From Squalus acanthias (lineage: Eukaryota), in contig CM059431.1 in assembly GCA_030390025.1 (NCBI GenBank), positions 122,824,001 through 122,888,000 of the forward strand: a DNA stretch of 64,000 bases. The letters are read 5' to 3'. The notes beneath the pieces were generated by a model. The model did not search any database, was not told where the DNA came from, and worked only from the letters and a program-made list of their open reading frames with translations. Below, one piece after another: positions 52,255 through 62,541 of this stretch (within the stretch, counting starts at the first letter, position 1; each line of letters begins with the position of its first letter). The translations under genes were made by a program, and so were the position numbers.

Positions 52255-54030
52255 GGCCAGAATTTTGCCGTGCAGAGAGAGTGGGATCGGAGGCGGGTCA
52301 GCTGTGAAATTGGAAATGATCGACAGTGGGTCAGGAACCCGCTGTCAACCCGCCTCCACGCTGGTCTCTCAGGTGTTGGGTCTGTCAGCGCTGAAGGCAA
52401 TTGACATCATTAAATGCATTGTTAACAGCCAACTAAGAATTATTTTAAACTTACCTTTAGATATTTAGTGGTCACCAATGGCTTCCCCGCTGCTCAGCTA
52501 AGGAGGTCGGGTGTTGAGTCAGCATGGGATCATTTACTAACTTGACAGCTGCAAATGGTCTATAAAAGCTCCCGTTTCATAGGTCTTCACTTTCCAAGCT
52601 CAGAAGCTATTGCTTACTGCATTTGGAAGACAGATTGAGCTTTATGCAGCTTGTAAGTGTTTGGAGCAAACTCTCTATCCAGTGTTACCTCATTAGAACA
52701 AACTCTCTTACCATTGACAGATCGCTTCTGTCATCTCAGCCTCACCTGCCATCTATTCCATCAGCATCAGTGCCCTTGAAAAAATCTCACCTTGGTCCTC
52801 AGAATCCCACCACAATCAGCCCCGACACAAGCAGCACCAGGCACACCAACAGCACCAACATCAACACCAATCTTCTCCACAATCAACTGATGCTGCACAG
52901 GACACAGGACATTAGCACCCGACTACATTGCTGCCCGGGATGCAAGGATGGCCTCACCCTGGCCAGATTTACTTCACTTGATGCTGTACACCCTGGCTGC
53001 CACATGATGCACCAGGTTGGCACCACCCCACACTAATACCATAAAGCATCCTTACAATGCCCAAGCCATTCCTTTCACACTCATCACCATTGCAGGGGTG
53101 GGGGTGGGGGGGGTGGGGGTGGTGGTACCGTTATGTCTCACCATTCACTGCAACTCACTAAGCCAATTCCAAAGGTGCACACAAATCTGTCTAAGAATGC
53201 AAAGTGTTGAAAGTAAAGGTTTCAATGTTTGACACCACATTAACAGAAACTTCACATTAACATTGTATAAAACACCCAAGTGCCTACCCTTGTGTATTGT
53301 TAGTTGGTATGCTTGGACTAGGATGAGGGTGAGTATGAGGGGTGGCTAGTGAGATGGGGAAGTAATAATGTAGATAGAGAGGGATGGGTGGAGGTGCAAG
53401 GTAAGTTGGTGTGAGTAAGGATGTGCAGGAGTAGGGTAGGGAAAGCCGAGTGATGGGGATGTGATGAGTGGCACAGCAGGATGAGGTTGAGTGTGGCTTG
53501 GCAGTAACGTTTCGTGATCTACTGAGATCATTGAAAGGTTTGCGCCACTGCAGCCTGGTCCTCCTGATGACATCCTTGCTTGTGTCCTCCTGTGCAATGT
53601 GCAACCAGGCTACGTTGGTCTCCTGGGGAGGTCTCTTCTGCCCATGGGAAGGGAAGAGGACCTCCCTGCATGCTGTGACTCCCTCCATAAGCATATGGAG
53701 AGAGTCATGAGAGAGCCTGGGAGCAGCCATACACATTTGTGCAGTGCTTGTCAGTGTTTGCAGCACCTCAATGCTGTAGAACACTGACAGCACAACTGTC
53801 AAAGTCAATTTGGGCATGGCCCCTTTAAGGAAACCGGCTGATGATGCGTCATCAAATGATGCCATCAGACCCGCTTCCTTTTAATTGGCCAAGAACCTCG
53901 CTGGGCGGGCTTAACAAACCCAATCATCGTAAAATCCCTTCAACAGAGCGGGATGGTGCAGGCAGCGGGCTGGCACCGCGCTATCGACCCTGGCCGCCCC
54001 AGACCAGCCTCGGTAGGCAAAATCACCGCC
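52255..54030 (-). mobile_element. Internally deleted Harbinger, copy 2 (inverted relative to 14627-16376)
   Basis: Ends ggccagaatttt / aaaatcaccgcc. ORF 53284..53865 contains an open Myb/SANT exon 1 (AAPRLSHDSLHMLMEGV...AWLHIAQE...WRKPFNDLSR). Confidence 0.88.
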
Positions 54031-54574
54031 AATGAATGTGTGAATAGCTGAGGCTGCACAGAAGAAGCTGGTAAAGTAGAACAAGATCCATCTGACTGAA
54101 AAGAAGAATAAAGCAGGCCAACACTGAGGGGGCTCAGGGTCACATGTACAAAGAGGATGGAGGTGTTTGGCAAAGTGGCCACCTAATTTGAGTTTGAGCT
54201 TCTTTTTCAACACTCAGAAAATGCATCCGAGATTATACATATATAATGAAGCAACATCAGTGTAAAGTGATTCGACCAGCAATGGACCTCACATTATTAA
54301 ATAGTGAGATCAGGAAAACCATACCTGAGTGGAAAGCCTTCAATGTGAGACAGAGATGGAGTGTGGAAGAATGCAAAGTAAAAGAGAATCAACTGGCAGA
54401 TTAAACTCAGAGATCACTAATGCCTTTATAAAAAAGACAATAAATTATTCCACCAAAATCACTAGTCTGTAAGTCATACTATATAGTCCTGTAAAAGGAT
54501 GTGATGGGAGATGCTCTGCACTCTGGGCTATCATGTTATTCACAGCGCTCCAGGAAGGAACTCTGTTCTAAATT

Positions 54575-54648
54575 GTACTTCATTGGCTGTAAAGCGCTTT
54601 GAGATGTCCGGTGGTCGTGAAAGGCGCTATGTAAATGCAAGTTGTTAA
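54575..54648 (+). mobile_element. Deu-SINE 3' tail fragment (another on the minus strand at about 44620-44712)
   Basis: gtacttcattggctgtaaagcgctttgagatgtccggtggtcgtgaaaggcgctatgtaaatgcaag. Confidence 0.8.
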
Positions 54649-55581
54649 AAAAACAATTTGATCGTGCTGCGTAGAATGGGCACCTAAGAGTCTAATATGG
54701 TGGGTGGCGTGCGCGCTCTCGTTCTGTGCTGGAAGTGTGCTGCCAACCATATTGGTAAAGGCTCCTCTGAATGTGTCTAGGGCACGTAACTAAAACAGCA
54801 GTAGGCCCTTTGCAATTTTTTTCAAAATTGGGACCGCTGGAGGCTGCCATCAGAAAGGTAAGTTTGAACATTTTTGCTTTCCTTATTGTGCATGAGTGCC
54901 CCTCTCGGCGCCACATTAAATCCGTGGTCCACTGTCGGCCACTGCTCACTCCCCTCCTGATTTCCTCACGCCACCTCCCGTGCTTTACCAGCAATCTCGG
55001 CCGGTGTCCGAGTCGGCTGATCTTGCTGACCCCCTTCCCCGAGACCCGCGAGCTACTTCTGCGGCGTCCGCAGTTCGTCGATAATAAGAAAATGAGGGCG
55101 ACAGACCAATTTGTGTGATCCTGCTGCCAGCCTCATTAGGCACGTGCAGCGTGCCCTACTCCGGGATCGTGCCCCAATTCGGGAGCAATCCAGTTCCTAG
55201 GCCTCGATGTCAAAAGAACCAGTTCTGATTTAGTTGCACAAATCCATAATATGTTCATATTGAGCTTTTTTCCAAAACATCTAGAGGGGTAAATTGTATA
55301 ATGTTTTAAAATGGGCACAGAGATTGTGATGCACTACAAACCTGCGCCCGTTCATTGTGATGCAGGGAGCACGCTAAATTTGTGCTGCCTGCTGTTTTAA
55401 ATGATTGTTGCGTGCAGCCAGCGCTACCTGCACTGTTGATTAGCTGCACGCATCAACAGGGGGCCCGATATCACGAGTGCCTCGCGCTACTTAAAGGCAG
55501 TCTGCACCTCTTTAGGGGGGTTTCTTGAATAGGTGGTGGTAGTCCTTTGTGAGCTGAATCTGTGCTGTCAAAGATTGAACA

Positions 55582-57350
55582 ATGGCTGAACGTGCGAGAG
55601 AGCGTGCACCAAGGTTTTTTGATAATGCGCTGGAGGCCTTGGTGGAAGAGGTGGCATGGAGTAGAGATGTCCTCTATCCGTAGAGGGGCAGGAGGCAGTG
55701 GCAAGAATTAGCAGTGGAGGTCAATGCCAGGAGTGTTGCTCCTCGAACAAGGATGCAGTGCAGGAAGAAGTTGAATGATCTCACACGAGATGTCAAGGTG
55801 AGAGACTTTATCTTCAAATGGCACATCCTACCAGGACAACCACTAGCCCCATCCTCTGCTCAATTCACTACACCTCCATCACTTACCTCCCAACAATCTC
55901 TATCAATCAGTACTAAACCCTAACATTCAACTGACCCTCACACACTTAGCACTGTAGCAAGCCTCGCACTAACAACACACAGCACGCACACACTGGCAGC
56001 TATTTAACCATGTCAGCCACATCACCCAAACATATTGCAGGACACACACTGACACACTTCCCTCTTTCTTGCTGAAAAAGGTGGCGCATAACAGAAGGCA
56101 GCAGGAAAGAACTGGGGGAGGACAAGTGCGCCTCATGTTTTAACACCCATGGAGGAGAAAGTGCTGACCATCATTGGAAGGGGCATCACTGAGGCCGTGG
56201 CCACTGGTGGAGCTGAAGCGATTCATGATGAGGATATCTGCATACCTAATCCTCCTTCTCTCATACCACTCCTCCCTCATCCCTCAATCTCTTCTGAGTG
56301 AGAAGCTGCAGAGGGGGTCAGCACCCGCTTCTTACTTTCTCCTCTCCCCTCACCACAACCCAACCCTTGTCCCTTTTTCATTTCAGATACCCAGAAACTG
56401 GAATTTGCCCAGTCAGTGGAGGAAGGGGAAGAAGACATTGAAGATGAAGATACACCTTCACTCGATCTTACACTCGCAGCCACCAGCTCAGAGATTGAAG
56501 CTTCATGTATTTTAGAGGCTAGGATAGAGGAGGTATGTGCACCTGGTGAGAGACCGGGCACAAGTGCACAGGAGCCAGGGCGGGCGGGGTGGGGGGGGGG
56601 GGGGAAAGGATAGCGCAGGTGCCAGATCGCCCAAGGGCGAGTTTGCCCAATAGATGAGGACTTTGATGAACCAGGCTACAGAAGAAGGCTTTGCACAGAG
56701 CTTGGAGCCCATCCTTTCCAACATGGAACGGGTGGTCACCTGTGGAATTCGGCATGATGCAGCATCTGATAGCCGATGACTCAACTTCTATTTCAGCAAA
56801 AGCAGCTTCCACCAAAGTTCTAAGTGCTACAGTGGAAGCTCAGACGGTTGCCATGCATGCTCAGACTGCTGCCATCATGGCTGTGGATACCAGTGTTCAA
56901 AGGGTCTTCCAGGCTGTCACAGCATTCCATCAATCTGTTCTCCAACAGATTACTAGGATTGCTGAGGCGCCATCCCAGGGAGAGTGCCAGTGACTCCATG
57001 GTGCATAAACCTGCTGCTTCTCATTTTTGTCCACCCCAGTCCAACGCCGGCATCTCCACATCATCACTGTCTCAGGTTGACAGCATTCGTGCTCCCACCT
57101 CTGCTACTCCACTAGTGCCTTTGCTGTTTCCATTCAGCCAGCCCAGCCCAGACTGCTGCAGCCAGGCCGAGATGGTGCAGTCTGAAGCCGGGCCTTCTAG
57201 ACCCAGAGCTGATCGAGGTCGTCCTCTGAGGCCATCTGCAGTCTCCTTAATTAAAGGTCAGTAGCCTTCTACCACCCATGCTGCAGCTGCTGTGGAAGTG
57301 CCTCGTAGGAGCATAGGAGAAGTAAAGGTACACGGATGACAGGCACTAAG
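55582..57350 (+). pseudogene. Harbinger Myb/SANT-like gene; exon 1 55582-55797, exon 2 from about 56075, exon 3 from 56387
   Basis: MAERARERAPRFFDNALEALVEEV...WQELAVEVNARSVAPRTRMQCRKKLNDLTRDVK|gtgaga; exon 2 KKVAHNRRQQERTGGG; internal stop and a mutated acceptor. Confidence 0.85.
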
Positions 57351-57541
57351 TGAATGCACAAGGATGATTTGTTAATGTTGTATGCATTATGTCATGATTT
57401 AATTTATAAATTTTGATCAGAATGTGCATTTTCTGCTGGCTTTTATTTATTTTTGTTGGAAAGAGGACGATGTAATGGTCAGTAATAGAGGAACGGTAAG
57501 GAGTGTGGGACTGTTGGTGAATGCGGAGTTGTGGGTTGAGG

Positions 57542-58693
57542 TTACTGGTATCGCTTATGAATTATTTGATCATGTAGAGCCCGGGCAGAAAGGGGCTGTC
57601 TACATTGTATCCTCCCTTCCTATTTCAGTTCCTCCACTTGCTGTTGCATTTCCTCCTCTTCCTCTTCCTCATGCTCCTGCTCCTCAGCTTCTCGCCTGAT
57701 AGGTGGTGGCAAGGGCTGTTTCCTCATAATAGCCAGGTTGTGCAGCATGCAGCATACTACCACAAATCTTGATACCCGCTCAGCTGTGTACTGCAGGACT
57801 TCTCCAGAGTGGTCCAGGCAGTGGAAGTGTTGCTTGAGGATGCCGATGGCGTGCTCTATAATGTTCCTTGTGGCAGCAGGGCTCTCATTGTCGGCCTGCT
57901 GTGCAAATATGCGTGGGTTCCAGACCAGAGTCATGAGCCATGAGCAATGGATAATACTTGTCGCCCAATAGCCAGCCTTTGACTTGCCATGGTGGGTCAA
58001 ATGCAGTTGGCAAAGAGGGCTGCCACAGAATGAAGGAATCATGACTACTGCCAGGATAACGGGCATTGACCTGCATGATGCATTGCTTGTGGTCGCACAC
58101 CAGCTGCACATTGAGGGAGTGGAATCCCTTTCGGTTCAGGAAAATGGTCAAGTTCACATGAGGCATAAATAAAGCAATGTGCGTTCAGTCAATGGCGAAG
58201 CCTGCAATCTGAGCAAACCCTCATGCTCACTCTGCCTGCTTGTCTCTGGCAAGAGGGAATGAGATGAAGCTGTCTCTCTTTGTATAGAGGGCCTCAGTCG
58301 TCTCCCTTATGCAGCAGTGTACTGCAAGCTGCAAGATATTGCATATATCTCCAGCAGCAGCCTGGAAGAAGCCAGATGCATGTTAAGAGCCACGGTCACC
58401 TTGACAGCCACAGGCTTTGAGGTTGCAGTTGTGGATGCAGCAGTTGGCAGATTTCAGTCACAACCTCTTTAGTGAAGTGAAGACATCTCAAACAAGTTAC
58501 TTCCAGACATGCGTCGCTAAAGTTGAAGTAAGAGAATTGCTTCCAAAAGACCCTCGGCGGATATGGCCTCCTGCTGAAAGCCCTTCTCCCTCCTCCTCTT
58601 CCCTCTTCTAGTAACTTGTCCTGCTCTGCGTGGCCTCTCTTCATTCTCCCAGTGATGCTCAATTCCAAGAGGAAGGCTTACCAGGCGATGCAT
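57542..58693 (-). pseudogene. HARBI1-like DDE transposase, disrupted
   Basis: RRPYPPRVF, FLNRKGFHSLNVQLVCD, ARYPGSSHDSFIL, WLLGDKYYPL, TRNIIEHAIGILK and VCCMLHNLA across frameshifts. Confidence 0.93.
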
Positions 58694-58808
58694 GTCTGGA
58701 AGTACTGTAACTTGTTTCAGCACAAGTATTTAAACCACCAAAGATGTACTTCAGCACCAGCCAGACCACTCCCTGTAGACTACCAAAACTTTAGAGAAGT
58801 ATAGGAGA

Positions 58809-59690
58809 TGTAAGAAATCATGGATTGAAAGAAATAATGTTCAGTTACGGGTTCCCTAGATAAGCAGTTTGTCTAAGTTGATGACACAGAAAGATTCCAG
58901 TCATGTCAGAAAAATAGCGGTACAGAGATTGAAATGCAGTCAGGAACAAATGGTTGAAGTGTCAGCGAGGTCAAATAACAAACACCAAAAGACAAATGGA
59001 AATGATAAGAGGATCGTAAAATGCAAGAAAACCCAGGATGATGATACCATAGCTAGACAATAAGGAGCCACAAAGTCATAAAATGTCCTTAAAGAAACAT
59101 AACAAAACATTCCTCAGAAAGATAAGAGAAAGGCCTCATCAGCCATGCAGAAAGGGGCAGTGAGAAATGTCTTCCCGCGCCACACTTGGATTATAGATGA
59201 TTGACACTAGATAGATCACAGCCCACTGAAATAACTATAAATATAGAGGGTTGAGAGAGGGAATCAGACAGCGAAGGCCAAAGGCTTCTTCGAGATGGAA
59301 ATCAATGCTGGCTCAGGCCTAACACCTTGACTAAGTTTAGCCTCTGAGGTGGATCAATGCTGGCTTATGCCGAACACCTCCAACAGCTCGAGGGACGAAT
59401 CAACAAAAGTGACTGCTGTTACTGGCTGCAGAGACCCGCTGACCCAAGACCTCCATGCTGTCTCATCAGACATCTAACCAATCGTCCGTCCGGTCGTGGC
59501 ATTCCGATTCGGGAGTTGGAGATCGCTCTCTACTGTCACGGGTTGTATGTCTATTATACTCAGCTTAAACCATATGTAATATCTGATTATGCTTTAAAAC
59601 TGTAGCTCTTTAATAAAAAACCTTGCAACTCCTAAGACCATTTGGATAATCTGTGTGTGACCTGTGATCCTAAACTTACTGAAAGCTACA
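58809..59690 (+). mobile_element. Solo LTR inserted in the Harbinger transposase 5' region
   Basis: TGTA...TACA ends; TATAAA at about 59237; AATAAA at about 59612; non-coding. TSD not clean (gaga versus aaaa). Confidence 0.75.
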
Positions 59691-61775
59691 AAAATGCGTA
59701 GAATTGCACCAGTAGCCAAAAGAAATAATCCAGCAATTAACCTGTAAGTGGTTCATGATCCCTTTAAGTAGCGCTGGTGTGGGGTCCATCATGCCATTTA
59801 ACGTCGTGTTCAGCTGTAAGCTGGAGTGTGGCATTCGAAACAGGCAATGCTGGCGTCAAATCAGCATTGCACACTGATTGATGTCATAGTCTGCCTGCTC
59901 TACATGCTGCTGGCGGTCGTTTGATGCGCGCACGCAAACCCCTTTACCAAGATGGCGTCAGGCGCATTTCCCGTCGGAAGTGTATGCGCACATCTCAGAC
60001 GACATTTTCGTGGGTTAGGAGGCTGATTAGCGTCTACAAAACGGACGCTGCAAAGCCCAGTTTCTCCCCATGAATTTAGGTAGATTACGATGAAAACAAT
60101 GCTTGGCACCACGTGACGGGAATACAGCTATAGGTAACATGGGCAAGTCGTTCAATTAGCTGACTCAACTGAGCACTGTTCTGAATGGAAATGTAATCAA
60201 CATTATGCAACAGAATTACCTGGCAGAAGATAATAAAATAAAATATGAAATAATCCATCACAAACATCCAGCATAAGGGTGTTGTTGACAGCAATGGTGA
60301 ACTGGCTGGATATTATTTTATCCAGAAGCAATAAAGCATTTGAAGGACTTTCTCCACTACTTGAATGTCACAGTACTTCAGAAATACAGGTTACCTAATG
60401 AACACGAGCCAAAGACATTTCAAATACTTTCAGCTCAAAATGCCAGTTATAACAGTAATATTATGAAGGGCTGCTGGCTTTCTGTAACAGCACCACAAGA
60501 GGACAATATGATTTCAGGTAAAACCACTGCCAAGACTTTACACAGCACTTCATCCTAAAGATTTAGGAGATCTGTTGCCCTGTGTTTGGGTAAGATGTTG
60601 CTATCCTTGGCTCTGGAGTCTGTATCAGAACTTACACTTTGGGCGTGGCGGTAATTTTAACCTCACCCGACCATTGGGAAACTGACAACATCGGATGCAA
60701 CACTGGTTTTACACTCCACCCGATTTCACTCGCCATTGAAGTTCCACTCAATCCCATGGGTTTCTCGCCCAGCGAGTTAAGCTAAAATGTCCCCCTTGGA
60801 GTCACAAAAAACAAGTGGAGAAGCTATTAATTGAAGTGAGCAGCCTATTTTTAAAAGCTTTTATTATAACAAGGCTATGAAGATAGCTCAAGTTGAGAGG
60901 AAGATTACAATTTTCTCTTTGATCTTCAGCTTAGACGAAGAAGTTGTCAAATGAGATAGCCGTTTATTGACAGAGCAATTGTATCTCAAAGCATTTGAGT
61001 GTCCTGGTCACATCTAGTATCACAGTTCTCTCGCTCTTCATGAAGAAAAACATCAAAATAATATGTCAAATTTTGGGGCCTAGTGCAGTGACAAGAATTA
61101 TAAAATCATTTGCCCCAGAAAAACTATATTTGGTCATTTTCAGCCAAATGTTCACAAAAATTACATTATCGTTTTTGTACAGGTACAGTAAATTTTCAAA
61201 ATATTAAATTCTCCCTTGTATAAAATTTGAGGCATAACATTACAAAATTCAGCTATATTTTGACTTGCTAAAAATAAACCTTAGTTGCTGTTTACTTGCC
61301 CCTTTTAATTCATATTTCTGCTTTCAGAATGTAACTCTCCACAGATTTCTACCTACAATAATAGCCTATATACATCAGCACGCATGGCTTTTTATGTCCT
61401 TGTTTTTTCATGCTCTAATTCACAAATACTGACTTCTGAGGCAAAATACTAACCCATGGCTGTTTCATTAAAATAATTTAGTATTGGGCTGTCACATACA
61501 TTCAAATAAACGCAAAAACTGCTTTTGCTTCTAAAATGTATACATTAATTTTGTCCAAAAAGTTACTGCTTCTGTCTTAAAAAATATAATTAAAGATTTT
61601 ACAAATAAAATATTTTGCAAATAAAATCACAACTATTTATATAATTAAATATCTTGCAATAAGCATGTGTCTGACATACTGAAAATGGTTGCGTTCTGCC
61701 CCTCTCCCTTTCAAAACTGCCATTAACACCCTTCCTTAAAGCAGCCAACCTCAACCCCTGTGTCCTTTCAAACTA

Positions 61776-62541
61776 CAGGAAACTTTTGTTTATCCGGCAC
61801 CCAAATACAGGAAACTCTTTATTAACCGGCACCGACGGGACCGGCGTGGTGCCGGTTAATCAAAAAGTCCGGATAACGGAGAGTTATATCTCCCAACTTA
61901 CGAGAGCCCCGTACACATTGACATGCGCCTGCATTCGGAGCTCCGTCTCCCCGGGGACCGCCAGCTGACCATCTGTCGTGTCCGCTGCCTACCCGGGCTG
62001 CACATTCCCCTCCCAATCTACACGCTCCGATACAAGGCAAACGCCTCGGGGTTTTTTTTAAAGTTAATTTTAAACGAGAGATGAAGGAAAACCCCGGTTA
62101 CCTACTCAAGAATTTTGCCGGTTAAGAGAGATTTCCGGATATTTGGGTGCCGGTTAATAAAGAGTTTCCTGTATCCGGAATTCTCACTTAACCGGCAAAA
62201 ATCATCCTCTGAAAACTCCTCTCAAATAACCGGCAATGTTGCCGAGTCGCAGTCGAGTCTCCGCGAACGGCGAGTACTCCGAAAACTCCTCTCAAATAAC
62301 CGGCAATGTTGCCGATCCCGAGTCCGCGTCCGCGAACGCCGATTTAGTCAGTAGGGGTAGTTTTCAAAAGTGCCACTACTCGGCCTCCTGGCGCTGTCGG
62401 AAGTATACTGCACATTTCTTGATTTATTTATTTTTCTTTGTTAAAAATAGCCTCGGTAGATATAACTCTCCGTTATCCGGTACTTTCGATAAACCGGCAC
62501 CACGCCGGTCCCGTCGGTGCCGGTTAATAAAGAGTTTCCTG
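61776..62541. mobile_element. Tc1/pogo-like MITE (outer), TSD TA, same family as 36055-36409
   Basis: TA at 61774-61775 and 62542-62543; caggaaact / agtttcctg ends; 62404-62541 aligns with 36272-36409. Confidence 0.9.
61808..62171. mobile_element. Tc1/pogo-like MITE (inner, inverted), TSD TA
   Basis: Perfect 26-bp TIR caggaaactctttattaaccggcacc; TA at 61806-61807 and 62172-62173. Confidence 0.92.

Larger units (their letters stand above)
55314..60069. mobile_element. Two-gene PIF/Harbinger transposon of a second family, with LTR insertion; probable TSD ATG
   Basis: ATG at 55311-55313 and 60070-60072; imperfect TIRs; convergent Myb (+) and transposase (-) genes. Confidence 0.88.

Noticed and set aside
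60085..60294. ORF with a strong acceptor (VILLHNVDYISIQNSAQLSQLIERLAH)
   Set aside because: No convincing donor or recognisable domain; equally consistent with non-coding DNA.
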